Assembly (NCBI GenBank): GCA_965250225.1 | Contig: CBDFNQ010000035.1 | Coordinates: forward strand, 129,641 to 193,640 | Reading direction: 5' to 3' | Source of the DNA: Gammaproteobacteria bacterium | GTDB lineage: Bacteria > Pseudomonadota > Gammaproteobacteria > Eutrophobiales > Eutrophobiaceae | Length of the DNA stretch: 64,000 nt | Part shown: one piece after another, positions 21,408 through 30,695 of the stretch | Position numbering within the stretch: the first letter of the stretch is position 1 | Layout: the number at the start of each line of letters is the position of its first letter | The notes under the pieces: generated by a model | The model's input: only the letters and a program-made list of their open reading frames with translations | Database searches by the model: none | Told to the model about the DNA's origin: nothing | Program-made: the position numbers and the translations under genes

Positions 21408-22477
21408 GTCGTCCCGCCAAAGTACGCATACATCTTCCCGCCCTCAGTCATAATCTTTCAAAGGTTCGAGAGTTAGCACCGAATAGCCAGGTAATGGCGA
21501 TCATTAAAGCTGATGGTTACGGCCATGGTATTGTGCGCGTTGCCAGCGCTTTATCCAATGCTGAAGCCTTTGGTGTTGCCTGTCTGGAAGAAGCAACAAC
21601 CTTACGTCAAGCGGGCATCACCAAACCCATTGTTTTGCTAGAAGGTGTGTACTGTGACAGTGAGCTTGAACAAGTTTGCAATCTGAATCTTGACCTTGTG
21701 GTTCATCACTCTGGTCAGATTGAAATGCTGGAACACCTTAAAACAGATATCAACATCTGGTTAAAAATTGATACCGGTATGCATCGTTTAGGTTTTTTAC
21801 CGTCTGAGTTTGAGGACGCTTATAAACGTCTAACGCAAATTAAATCAATTACCCAGCCGATTAAATTAATGACACATCTTGCAACGGCTAATGAACGAGA
21901 TCCAGAATTAACCTTTCAGCAAATTCGTAGTTTGAAAGAATTTTCATCAGAATTAGCGCTTGAAAAAACCATTGCTAATTCAGCCGCGGTGCTCAACATA
22001 GAAGAAAGTCATTGTGACTGGGTTCGTCCAGGTTTGATGTTGTATGGTATTTCGCCGTTCAGTGATACCACAGGTGAAGATCATGGTTTGCAAGTCGCTA
22101 TGACACTCGAATCGAAATTAATCGCAGTGAAACAATTAAAGATGGGTGATCCGGTTGGTTACGGTGCATCGTGGTGTTGTCCTGAAGACATGCCGATAGG
22201 TATTGTTGCTGCCGGCTATGGCGATGGCTATCCAAGACATGCTCGATCGGGTACTTCTGTTTTGGTCAATGGTTTGCGTACTGGTTTAATTGGAAGGGCT
22301 TCGATGGATATGCTGGCAATTGATCTCTGGAATCAACCGAATGCCAAAGTCGGCGATCCAGTCATTCTTTGGGGCAGGGGTTTGCCGGTTGAAGAGATAG
22401 CGCGTGCAGCGAGAACCATTCCGTACCAATTGGTCTGTGCTGTTCATAAACGTTTACGCTTTGAAGAAGATGGCTAA
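21404..22477 (+). CDS. alr: Alanine racemase
   Basis: PLP-lysine motif AIIKADGYGHG and C-terminal GYGDGYPR. The start overlaps the dnaB stop. Confidence 0.93.
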   Translation: MSRPAKVRIHLPALSHNLSKVRELAPNSQVMAIIKADGYGHGIVRVASALSNAEAFGVACLEEATTLRQAGITKPIVLLEGVYCDSELEQVCNLNLDLVVHHSGQIEMLEHLKTDINIWLKIDTGMHRLGFLPSEFEDAYKRLTQIKSITQPIKLMTHLATANERDPELTFQQIRSLKEFSSELALEKTIANSAAVLNIEESHCDWVRPGLMLYGISPFSDTTGEDHGLQVAMTLESKLIAVKQLKMGDPVGYGASWCCPEDMPIGIVAAGYGDGYPRHARSGTSVLVNGLRTGLIGRASMDMLAIDLWNQPNAKVGDPVILWGRGLPVEEIARAARTIPYQLVCAVHKRLRFEEDG

Positions 22478-23837
22478 AGTCAAAAGCCAGTATCACTGTA
22501 GCGAATGTGGCACTACCACACCAAAGTGGATAGGACAGTGCCCCGAATGCAAACAGTGGAATACGCTCAATGAAAGCATCATTGAATCAGCTACGGCAAA
22601 TCGTCGGCAACAAATGCATGACCATCTCGCGAATCCTGCTGAGGTCTGTTATCTGAGTGATGTCGATACGGAACAGACTCCTCGTTTAAGTTGTGGTATT
22701 AAAGAACTGGATCGAGCACTAGGCGGCGGTTTGATTCAGGGCTCGGTGGTCTTGATAGGTGGTGATCCAGGTATTGGTAAATCAACTTTATTGATCCAGA
22801 TGTTATCTAGCATGACGACCAATTCCGCAGTGTCCTGTCTCTACGTCACGGCTGAAGAATCCAGCCAACAAGTGAGCCTGCGTGGAAGAAGACTGGAGTT
22901 GGCACTAGAAAAAATACGTATTTTTACCGAAAATCATTTAGAAAAAGTTGTCAAAATCATTGCGAAAGAAACACCTAACATCGTAGTGATTGATTCTATT
23001 CAAACTGTTTACACTGACGTCCTTCAATCTGCGCCTGGTTCTGTTGCACAAGTGCGAGAATGTACAGCGCAATTAGTACGACTGGCAAAACAAACCGATA
23101 CCATAGTGTTCCTGGTAGGGCATGTGACAAAAGAAGGATCGTTAGCGGGCCCGAAAGTACTGGAGCATATGGTGGATACCGTTTTGTATTTTGAAGGTGA
23201 TTCCGGTAGTCGCTTTCGTTTGGTGCGCGCGGTAAAAAATCGTTATGGCGCGGTCAATGAATTGGGGGTGTTTGCCATGACTGAACGTGGTTTGCGTGAA
23301 GTCAGCAATCCTTCGGCGATATTCCTTTCGAGTCATGATGAGCAAGTGTCCGGTAGTGTGGTCATGGTATCGCGTGAAGGGACGAGGCCCATCTTGTTGG
23401 AAGTTCAGGCTCTGGTTGATGAATCACACAGCAGTCAATCGCGACGTTTAACCGTTGGTCTTGATCAAAATCGTCTGGCTATGTTGTTAGCAGTATTACA
23501 TCGGCATGTTGGCATCGTTACCTATGACCAGGATGTTTTTGTCAATGCAGTAGGTGGCGTGCGTATCAATGAAACTGCGGCAGATCTGGCCATCGTACTT
23601 GCGATCATTTCAAGTTTAAAAAATAAGCCCTTGGCAAATGACTTGATAGTGTTTGGTGAAATAGGTTTGGCAGGAGAAATCCGGCCGGTTCAAAACGGTG
23701 AAGACAGATTAAAAGAAGCAGCAAAACATGGTTTTAAACAAGCAATTATTCCTAAAGCCAATCAACCAAAAGAACCCATCGATGATCTAAACATCATGCC
23801 TGTTACGCAGTTATCACAGGCACTTGCCTTTCTTTAA
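22470..23837 (+). CDS. radA: DNA repair protein RadA
   Basis: Zinc ribbon CSECG...CPEC, Walker A GDPGIGKST, the KNRYG motif and a Lon-like C-terminal domain. ATG 22470 overlaps the alr stop; the track start 22404 is an in-frame extension. Confidence 0.95.
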   Translation: MAKVKSQYHCSECGTTTPKWIGQCPECKQWNTLNESIIESATANRRQQMHDHLANPAEVCYLSDVDTEQTPRLSCGIKELDRALGGGLIQGSVVLIGGDPGIGKSTLLIQMLSSMTTNSAVSCLYVTAEESSQQVSLRGRRLELALEKIRIFTENHLEKVVKIIAKETPNIVVIDSIQTVYTDVLQSAPGSVAQVRECTAQLVRLAKQTDTIVFLVGHVTKEGSLAGPKVLEHMVDTVLYFEGDSGSRFRLVRAVKNRYGAVNELGVFAMTERGLREVSNPSAIFLSSHDEQVSGSVVMVSREGTRPILLEVQALVDESHSSQSRRLTVGLDQNRLAMLLAVLHRHVGIVTYDQDVFVNAVGGVRINETAADLAIVLAIISSLKNKPLANDLIVFGEIGLAGEIRPVQNGEDRLKEAAKHGFKQAIIPKANQPKEPIDDLNIMPVTQLSQALAFL

Positions 23838-24382
23838 TTTGTCTCTGTTTCCCAACCACTACCAATGGCCTTAAAGGGCAATTTCAGTCTCAGTTCGGGC
23901 ACCTGTTTTGCTATCCAGGCAGGGAATGTATTTGAGTTGGGTCCCGGAAATATTTTATAGGTATCTTTCCACGGATAACGATTGGCTGCGGTATCAATTT
24001 TAGCAATCAATTGATCAACACCCTGGCCACGTTTTTCCAGAATAAGAGAGGGTTTCTTGCCATACCAATAACGATCGGGCTCATCTTGTTCAATACGCAG
24101 TACATCCAGGCCACTATGCTGCCGCCAGCCAATGACTTCATAAACGGTATATTGTTTTGCATTGGAAGGTTTTACTGATATCCATGTGTGTACAGCAAAC
24201 AAGCCGCGCCAACCAAATGTCGGTGCAGTATATACATGTATCACCGCCTCATGAGTCGTTTCGGTTTTCGGTGCAATCCCGGCAGGTTTTCGGCTTGCCG
24301 TACGCCAGTCTCCAGATGGGTAACCATAAACTAACAGCAGTGGAGAAATTATGAATAAAAGTAATAAGAGTTTTTTATACAT
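23834..24382 (-). CDS. Secreted or anchored protein, DUF3750-like
   Basis: N-terminal signal/anchor MYKKLLLLLFIISPLLLVYG. Conserved-looking blocks FGWRGLFAVHTWI and FPGPNSNTFPAWI. The family name is from memory. Confidence 0.5.
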   Translation of the reverse strand: MYKKLLLLLFIISPLLLVYGYPSGDWRTASRKPAGIAPKTETTHEAVIHVYTAPTFGWRGLFAVHTWISVKPSNAKQYTVYEVIGWRQHSGLDVLRIEQDEPDRYWYGKKPSLILEKRGQGVDQLIAKIDTAANRYPWKDTYKIFPGPNSNTFPAWIAKQVPELRLKLPFKAIGSGWETETN

Positions 24383-24563
24383 TTTTTTAAAAATAGATAA
24401 TCAAGGCGTTACCTAACCATTGACATAATATCAGTGCTTATGTTCCAGGAAAATACAAACGATCTAGTTAATCGCAGGATAAAACGGTTTGGCAAATTTA
24501 ATTCGCTAAGAGTTTAGCTGGTGTCAATTACAAACAGAAAAATAGTCTTAAGATGCCAAATAT

Positions 24564-24932
24564 TTATGATGTAAGACATCCAAGCTCACGTTCCAGGATA
24601 GTTTCATCACCAACATTCAGCTCGACCAGTCGTTTTAAACTGGTCATGCTATCCAGATCAATAAAATCACATTGAAAACCAATGTGATTATTTTCTTCGT
24701 GAGCGACATGGGCCGTCATACGGATTCTGACCGCTTCTTCCTCGAGTGGAATTTCTATATCAAAAAATTCTCCTAAAAGATCATCATCCCAATCATCCGG
24801 TTTTTGGATTAACAGGCCGTTAAGAGAAATATCGATCAGGTCACCGATCCAGTTTCGGTTTTCCCAGAGCAAGTAAACGGGGGTATCTAAAATTACCCGG
24901 CTAAATTTTCGTTTATTTTCCTGTTGCATCAT
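24564..24932 (-). CDS. PilZ domain protein (c-di-GMP receptor type)
   Basis: KRKFSRV (RxxxR-like) and DISLNGLLI (D/NxSxxG) motifs in a 122-aa protein. Confidence 0.7.
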   Translation of the reverse strand: MMQQENKRKFSRVILDTPVYLLWENRNWIGDLIDISLNGLLIQKPDDWDDDLLGEFFDIEIPLEEEAVRIRMTAHVAHEENNHIGFQCDFIDLDSMTSLKRLVELNVGDETILERELGCLTS

Positions 24933-24961
24933 AGCTCACCTGCTGTGGCCTTCAAATTTGC

Positions 24962-26251
24962 TCAGTCACTTACGCTGATTTTTCCAAGTACATCTTGCCG
25001 TTGTATTATCTTGGCGGTTCTTACTGCATTATCGGCGGACTGAACAATTTCTAAAGTATAATTCTGAATTTTCAGGCTAGTACCGGTTTCAGGAATATCC
25101 TCCAGTTGTTCCAGAATAAGACCGTTCAGTGTTTTAGGCCCTTCTGAAGGTAGCTCCCATTCTAATGTACGATTGATATCGCGAATGGTTTCGGTTCCAT
25201 CGATCAAATAACTACCATCTGCCTGTGGTTTGATGGATTGATTGTCAGTCTGGATATTGTCTGAAAAATCACCCACAATTTCTTTCAGAATATCTTCCAG
25301 TGTCACCAGGCCTTGCAGCACACCATATTCGTCCACAACCAGGCCAATACGTCTGTTAAGTTCTTGAAAGTTAAGTAATTGTGTATGTAAAGGTGTGCCC
25401 TCAGGTACAAAATAGGGTTCCCTGGCAATGCTTACAATTTCTTCGTGAGTGAAATCCGTTTGATCCTTCAATAGGGCTATCATTTCCTTAACATGGATAA
25501 TACCAATCACATTATCAATTTTGCCGCGATAAAGCGGTAAACGAGAGTGAGTGCTATGGCCGAATGTATCGACAATCTCGGAATAGGGTGCTTCTAAATC
25601 AACACCTTCTATCTCACTGGATGGGATCATGAGGTCATCAACCGTTGTGTGCTCCATATCCAGAATACTCAGCAACATCTGTTTATGACGGTTGGGGATC
25701 ATGCTTCCGGCCTCGTGCACGACACTTCTTAGTTCTTCGAGATTCAGCGGCGTATCGTCTGGATCATCAGTATTCACACCAAAGTATCTTAATAGGCCAT
25801 TAGTGACTGCATTGACCAACCAGACTGCCGGGTAGAGAATTCTTTGCAGGAACTTCAGGACATAGGCTGAGGGGAAAGCGATACGTTCTGGATGAAATGC
25901 CGCATAGGTTTTGGGAGCCACTTCGGCGAAAATAAGAAACACAACCACCAGGATTACAGGAGCCAGGGCGATACCCAAATTACCCAGCAACCTCATGCCA
26001 ATCAGCGTTGCTACCGATGCGGCGATGAAATTTACCAGGTTATTGCACAACAGGATCAAACCTATCAGGCGATCGGGTTTAGCGAGTAATTGATGAGCTA
26101 ATATTGCTGATCGGTGCTCGTTCTCAACCAGGTGTTTCAGACGATAACGATTCAACGCCATCATGGCTGTCTCTGAGCTGGAGAAAAAAGCAGATAAAAG
26201 TAATAGAATAAATAGGCCACTGAACAGGGCCCATAATGGAATCTCGTCCAA
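24962..26251 (-). CDS. HlyC/CorC family transporter (DUF21 TM domain + CBS pair + CorC_HlyC)
   Basis: Four N-terminal TM helices, a CBS pair region and a C-terminal transporter-associated domain. Neighbour of ypjD-like and ffh, as in E. coli yfjD. Confidence 0.85.
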   Translation of the reverse strand: MDEIPLWALFSGLFILLLLSAFFSSSETAMMALNRYRLKHLVENEHRSAILAHQLLAKPDRLIGLILLCNNLVNFIAASVATLIGMRLLGNLGIALAPVILVVVFLIFAEVAPKTYAAFHPERIAFPSAYVLKFLQRILYPAVWLVNAVTNGLLRYFGVNTDDPDDTPLNLEELRSVVHEAGSMIPNRHKQMLLSILDMEHTTVDDLMIPSSEIEGVDLEAPYSEIVDTFGHSTHSRLPLYRGKIDNVIGIIHVKEMIALLKDQTDFTHEEIVSIAREPYFVPEGTPLHTQLLNFQELNRRIGLVVDEYGVLQGLVTLEDILKEIVGDFSDNIQTDNQSIKPQADGSYLIDGTETIRDINRTLEWELPSEGPKTLNGLILEQLEDIPETGTSLKIQNYTLEIVQSADNAVRTAKIIQRQDVLGKISVSD

Positions 26252-26347
26252 AGAGGTTTTGACCTCAGGTTAAAATGGACTTGTATTTTCTCCCCAGTGG
26301 TAGGGGGGGTGTCAAGTATTTATAAAAACACTATTTAAAACAAAAGC

Positions 26348-27151
26348 TTAGAATTTATCGAGCAGCATTTCATAAATAAATTTAGAACCAAAATAGCCCA
26401 GCATCAGCAAGATGAATCCACCGAGAGTCCAGTAGGTCAGGGTTTGTCCGCGCCAACCCTTTATCCAACGACCCAACAGTAAAATAGCAAACAGCAACCA
26501 GGCCAACAGTGAGAGGATGGTTTTGTGCGCAAGATCCTGGGCAAACATATCGTGTAAAAACATCAAGCCAGTGGCCAGACTCAGGCTCAGGACGAAAAAA
26601 CCAAGAGCCATTACCTGAATCAGTAATTCTTCCATCACCTGCAGAGGAGGCAGGGTATCCATGATCCGGGTTGCCTGTTTATTTCGCAACTGCCTGTCCT
26701 GAAATGCCAGTAGACAGGCTTGCAAGGCGGCAATGGTTAACAAGCTATAGGCAATGAGTGACAGCAATATGTGAAGATCCAGCCCAAAATCACCTTGCTC
26801 GACCAGATGAAAATCACTGGGAAACATCATAGCCAGTAATATTGCTAGCGCTGCCATAGGTAAGACAATGATCGCGATATTCAGAATCGGTTTTTTCAAA
26901 GACATGAGCAGGACAAACAGGGCGATCAAACAGCCGGTTAAAGACGCAGCATTGTAAAAACCTAAATTGAGCTGACCCAGGAGATCCAGGCTTTTTATTA
27001 AAATTACAGCGTGGAGAATGACTGCAATAAAGCAAATCACAGAGGTGATGGTATTGTTCCGATCAGATGCCGACTTATTTCTGATGTTCATGATCAGGCG
27101 GATGGCGCCGACCAGGTATAAAATGATGGCTACGATACTGAGTGTGTTCAT
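26348..27151 (-). CDS. Cytochrome c assembly family membrane protein (CcsA/YpjD-like)
   Basis: 267 aa with about 8 TM helices. Divergent from ffh, as E. coli ypjD is. Confidence 0.75.
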   Translation of the reverse strand: MNTLSIVAIILYLVGAIRLIMNIRNKSASDRNNTITSVICFIAVILHAVILIKSLDLLGQLNLGFYNAASLTGCLIALFVLLMSLKKPILNIAIIVLPMAALAILLAMMFPSDFHLVEQGDFGLDLHILLSLIAYSLLTIAALQACLLAFQDRQLRNKQATRIMDTLPPLQVMEELLIQVMALGFFVLSLSLATGLMFLHDMFAQDLAHKTILSLLAWLLFAILLLGRWIKGWRGQTLTYWTLGGFILLMLGYFGSKFIYEMLLDKF

Positions 27152-27271
27152 AACGGTATTCTCATGGATATTCAGTATGATTGCACATTTTTCTTTTGCT
27201 GGAATTCAGGTCAGCAGATTTGAATTCTGTTAAAATCCCCGGTTCTAAAATTATCAACTAATGAAGTAATC

Positions 27272-28633
27272 ATGTTCGATCAACTTACTGGCCGTTTAAG
27301 CGGCGTTATTAAAGAATTGCGCGGTCAGGCCCGACTGACTGAAGAAAACATGTCAGCTACCCTGCGCGAAGTGCGTATGGCCTTGCTCGAGGCCGATGTG
27401 GCCTTACCCGTCGTTAAGGATTTCATTGCTGAGGTCAAACAGCGTTCCTTAGGACAGGATGTTAGTGACAGTATGAATCCAGGTCAGATGATCATCAAGA
27501 TCGTCAATGATGAACTGGTTAAATTAATGGGTGATGAAGCGGTTCCGTTGAATCTCAATGCTCAACCTCCGGTGGTTATTCTGATGGCGGGTTTACAGGG
27601 TGCGGGTAAGACCACAACCGTAGCAAAATTGTCACGACATTTAAAAGAACAGTTGAAGAAAAAGGTCATGGTCACTAGTTGTGACGTTTATCGACCAGCG
27701 GCGATTGAACAATTACAGACCCTGGCAACAGATGTTGGGGTTGAATTTTTCCCAAGTGAAACAGGACAAAAACCCGAGCGTATCGCCAAGGCGGCAAAGG
27801 AAAAAGCCGCCAAACAATTTATGGATGTACTGATCGTTGATACTGCCGGCCGCTTGCATATCGATGATGAGATGATGGCTGAAATACAGGAAGTGCATAC
27901 CGTTCTAAAGCCAACCGAGACCTTGTTTATTATCGATAGTATGACCGGGCAGGATGCCGTGCATGCTGCTAAGGCTTTCAGTGAAGCACTGGACCTTACC
28001 GGTGTGATCCTGACCAAGACCGATGGTGATGCTCGTGGTGGTGCAGCCTTATCCGTTAGACAAGTGACTGGCAAACCGATCAAGTTTTTAGGCACGGGTG
28101 AAAAAAGTACAGAGCTGACTCCATTCCATCCAGATCGAATCGCCTCTCGTATTCTTGGCATGGGTGACATGCTGAGTTTGATTGAAGAAGTCGAACAAAA
28201 GACTGATAAGGACAAGGCTGAAAAACTGGCGAAGAAGATCAAGAAAGGTCAGGGTTTTAATCTAGCAGATTTTAAGGAGCAGTTACAACAAATGCGTAAC
28301 ATGGGAGGCATGGGGAGTTTAGTGGATAAGATGCCTGGCATGAGCGGAATACCTGCCGGTGTTGCCAATCAGGTGGATGACAAACAAATGTTCAAGCTAG
28401 AAGCAATCATCGATTCTATGACAGTGAAGGAACGTAGACGTCCGGAAGTAATTAATGGCTCTCGCAAACGTCGCATTGCCAATGGTTCCGGCACACAGAT
28501 CCAGGACGTGAATCGTCTGTTAAAACAATTCAAGCAAATGCAAAAGATGATGAAAAAGTTTTCTAAAAAAGGCGGCATGGCCAATATGATGCGCGGCCTC
28601 AGTGGAAAAATACCACCGGGTATGCGTTTTTAG
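27272..28633 (+). CDS. ffh: Signal recognition particle protein Ffh
   Basis: NG domain GLQGAGKTTT, DTAGRL, TKTDGD. Met-rich M domain MRNMGGMGSLVDKMPGM. Confidence 0.97.
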   Translation: MFDQLTGRLSGVIKELRGQARLTEENMSATLREVRMALLEADVALPVVKDFIAEVKQRSLGQDVSDSMNPGQMIIKIVNDELVKLMGDEAVPLNLNAQPPVVILMAGLQGAGKTTTVAKLSRHLKEQLKKKVMVTSCDVYRPAAIEQLQTLATDVGVEFFPSETGQKPERIAKAAKEKAAKQFMDVLIVDTAGRLHIDDEMMAEIQEVHTVLKPTETLFIIDSMTGQDAVHAAKAFSEALDLTGVILTKTDGDARGGAALSVRQVTGKPIKFLGTGEKSTELTPFHPDRIASRILGMGDMLSLIEEVEQKTDKDKAEKLAKKIKKGQGFNLADFKEQLQQMRNMGGMGSLVDKMPGMSGIPAGVANQVDDKQMFKLEAIIDSMTVKERRRPEVINGSRKRRIANGSGTQIQDVNRLLKQFKQMQKMMKKFSKKGGMANMMRGLSGKIPPGMRF

Positions 28634-28655
28634 AATTCATCCTCCGTCGTAAAAA

Positions 28656-28922
28656 TTATTTCGTATAGTGATAGCGGCACGAAATGATAGTGAGTTGCTT
28701 ATTATCTACGATGTAAACAAGGCGGTTGGTCTCATCAATTCGCCGAGACCAAAAACCCGATAAGCTTTCCTTTAATGGTTCCGGTTTTCCAATTCCCTCA
28801 AAGGGAGTTCGCTGTGTATCTGTGATCAGTTTATTAATACGCTTCAATGTTTTTTTATCTTGATTTTGCCAATAGACGTAATCAAGCCATGCTTCTCTTG
28901 TCCACGCTAATACCTTAATCAT
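28656..28922 (-). CDS. yoeB: Type II toxin YoeB/Txe family (mRNA interferase)
   Basis: 88 aa. AWLDYVYWQNQDKKTLKRINKLI...PFEGIGKPEPLK...GFWSRRIDETNRLVY...CRYHY matches the YoeB signature. Overlaps the upstream antitoxin by 8 nt. Confidence 0.9.
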   Translation of the reverse strand: MIKVLAWTREAWLDYVYWQNQDKKTLKRINKLITDTQRTPFEGIGKPEPLKESLSGFWSRRIDETNRLVYIVDNKQLTIISCRYHYTK

Positions 28923-29169
28923 CGGTTAGATCATGATGTTTTGTTTTTCCTGAATGGTATTGTTCTATTGATTTGGCTAAATGCGCTGCATTATTGGGAT
29001 TTCCAAGTAAATGAACCGTTTCCATTAATCCGTTGAAATGTTCAAGTGACATGACCACAGCATCATCAGCATCCCGGCGCGATATGATAGTGTAACTTAC
29101 ATCATCAACCACTTGATCTAGGATGCTTTTTAGCCTGTTACGAGCCTCTGAAAAATTGACCACTCTCAT
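28915..29169 (-). CDS. yefM: Type II antitoxin YefM/Phd family
   Basis: 84 aa. MRVVNFSEARNRLKSILDQVVDD...VMSLEHFNGLMETVHLL is typical of Phd/YefM. Confidence 0.9.
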   Translation of the reverse strand: MRVVNFSEARNRLKSILDQVVDDVSYTIISRRDADDAVVMSLEHFNGLMETVHLLGNPNNAAHLAKSIEQYHSGKTKHHDLTDD

Positions 29170-29186
29170 GAGATAACACCTCTAAT

Positions 29187-29204
29187 TGTACAGTAATATG
29201 TACA
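29187..29204 (-). promoter_or_regulatory. Putative YefM-YoeB operator: two TGTACA cores 12 bp centre to centre
   Basis: TGTACA at 29187-29192 and at 29199-29204, 18-35 nt upstream of the yefM start. This is the same core hexamer and spacing as the E. coli yefM-yoeB operator, as I remember it. Confidence 0.55.
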
Positions 29205-29252
29205 AGTATAACTTGTTCAATATATTGGTCAAGTATTTGTAGCCAGTGTTTT

Positions 29253-29338
29253 CCAGGACGTGAATCGCCTAAAAAGACGGTATGGACAACATGATGCGTG
29301 GCCTCAGTGGTAAACTGCTACTGGGTATGGGTTTTTAG
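29253..29338 (+). pseudogene. Diverged, internally deleted second copy of the ffh 3' end
   Basis: CCAGGACGTGAATCG... and ...ATGATGCGTGGCCTCAGTGGTAAACTGCTACTGGGTATGGGTTTTTAG parallel ffh 28501-28633. It still reads MRGLSGKLLLGMGF* versus MRGLSGKIPPGMRF* in the live gene. About 45 nt are missing internally. Confidence 0.8.
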
Positions 29339-29369
29339 AATTTGTCGTTAGGTATTAAAAGGAGCTAGC

Positions 29370-30098
29370 ATGGGGTTAATAGCAACAATAATTGTGAAAC
29401 TAGTCGATCCAATTGGGTTTGTTGTCGTATTCGTAGTTTCCATTTTTTCACGGAGTAAATGGATAATTCCAGTCGCCGCTATTTCTGGTGCTGTAGTGAT
29501 TGAAACTATTTTGACATCGAACCAATATACAAGAACTTGGGGACAAGGTTTATTTCAAGGATTTATTGCGAGTGGCATACATGCATTAATTTGCTATTGG
29601 CTAATTGGAAAATTTAAGACTCCACAGTCGATCAAAGAAAATAACTATACAGAAACTTTGATAACGAAAAACGATACTGAAGCTAATGATAATATAGGAG
29701 ATACTAACCCTATTGATTCTGTTGCTAAACACCTTCAAGTAATGGGATATGATTTCACGCCATATGGAGCGAGTGTAGCGTTACTAGAAATACAAAGCGG
29801 CTATAACGAGGTAGAAACTGCTTCTCATGTCGCGCTTACAACATTGGCTCTCGATATTAAGGGAGCAGGTACAGATATTGTAAAATTAGCATCGTTTATT
29901 CCGCATGCGCATGTCTTACTTGAAGTTTTAAAGAAGTATAAAGATCAGAATATGATGAATCCTACTCAATGGAAAAATGATGCCAACGCAGTTCTGAGAA
30001 TTAGTAGTGTGGATGAGCATCAGGAAGAATGGCTGGGAAAAATCCTTAGTGATCCTATTGCGGGAAAAGAAAGGCTTGCCACTAGGAGAATTGACTAG
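29370..30098 (+). CDS. Hypothetical membrane-anchored protein (3 N-terminal TM helices plus a soluble C-terminal domain)
   Basis: 242-aa ORF with SD AAGGAG upstream. No recognisable motif. Confidence 0.5.
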   Translation: MGLIATIIVKLVDPIGFVVVFVVSIFSRSKWIIPVAAISGAVVIETILTSNQYTRTWGQGLFQGFIASGIHALICYWLIGKFKTPQSIKENNYTETLITKNDTEANDNIGDTNPIDSVAKHLQVMGYDFTPYGASVALLEIQSGYNEVETASHVALTTLALDIKGAGTDIVKLASFIPHAHVLLEVLKKYKDQNMMNPTQWKNDANAVLRISSVDEHQEEWLGKILSDPIAGKERLATRRID

Positions 30099-30147
30099 GA
30101 TCAAAGAAATATCAAAAGTGACAGTGTCGATTGATCATTGCTTGTGG

Positions 30148-30651
30148 CTATTCGCTATTGGCTTTTTTTGTACTCATAACGATGCCATAGGCGCAAGCAA
30201 TCATTATCACAATAAATACTACCAAACTCCATTCGGCGATACTGAAACTGAGAAAGCGCCATTTAACTTCAGCGCATTCGCCTGAGCCACTGAGGATCAT
30301 GCTCAGGGCTTCTGAGAATGGAAAGACATCGAGCATGTATTCCAGGCCTGGTCCACATTCTGGTACTTGATCCTTAGGTAAGTGTTGTAACCAGACTTGT
30401 CTTCCAGCGATGCCTGCGCCAATCAACGCAGTAATGTCGATCACACTAAAATACAAGATTGAAAATATTTTTTTCGGAGCATGCAAACTGGCGATCAAGG
30501 CAATAACAGCAACTGCGATGTAAGCAATACGCTGCAGGATACACAGAGGGCAGGGTTCTAATCCTTCATAATGTTCAAGATAGAGGCCAAAGCCGAGTAG
30601 TCCAAAACAGACAAGTGAAATTAGTGCAAATAGAGTTCTAGTAGAAGCCAT
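30148..30651 (-). CDS. dsbB: Disulfide bond formation protein B
   Basis: Four TM helices, the first periplasmic loop CPLCILQR and second-loop cysteines (PECGPG, SGECAEV). Confidence 0.88.
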   Translation of the reverse strand: MASTRTLFALISLVCFGLLGFGLYLEHYEGLEPCPLCILQRIAYIAVAVIALIASLHAPKKIFSILYFSVIDITALIGAGIAGRQVWLQHLPKDQVPECGPGLEYMLDVFPFSEALSMILSGSGECAEVKWRFLSFSIAEWSLVVFIVIMIACAYGIVMSTKKANSE

Positions 30652-30695
30652 CGTTCGTTTTAATTTTTAATTTATGTTAGTTAAGATAAGTAATT

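Noticed and set aside
27688-28242. 184-aa ORF antisense to ffh
   Set aside because: It lies entirely inside a highly conserved gene on the other strand, has a low-complexity Ser/Ala/Cys-rich translation and has no start context.
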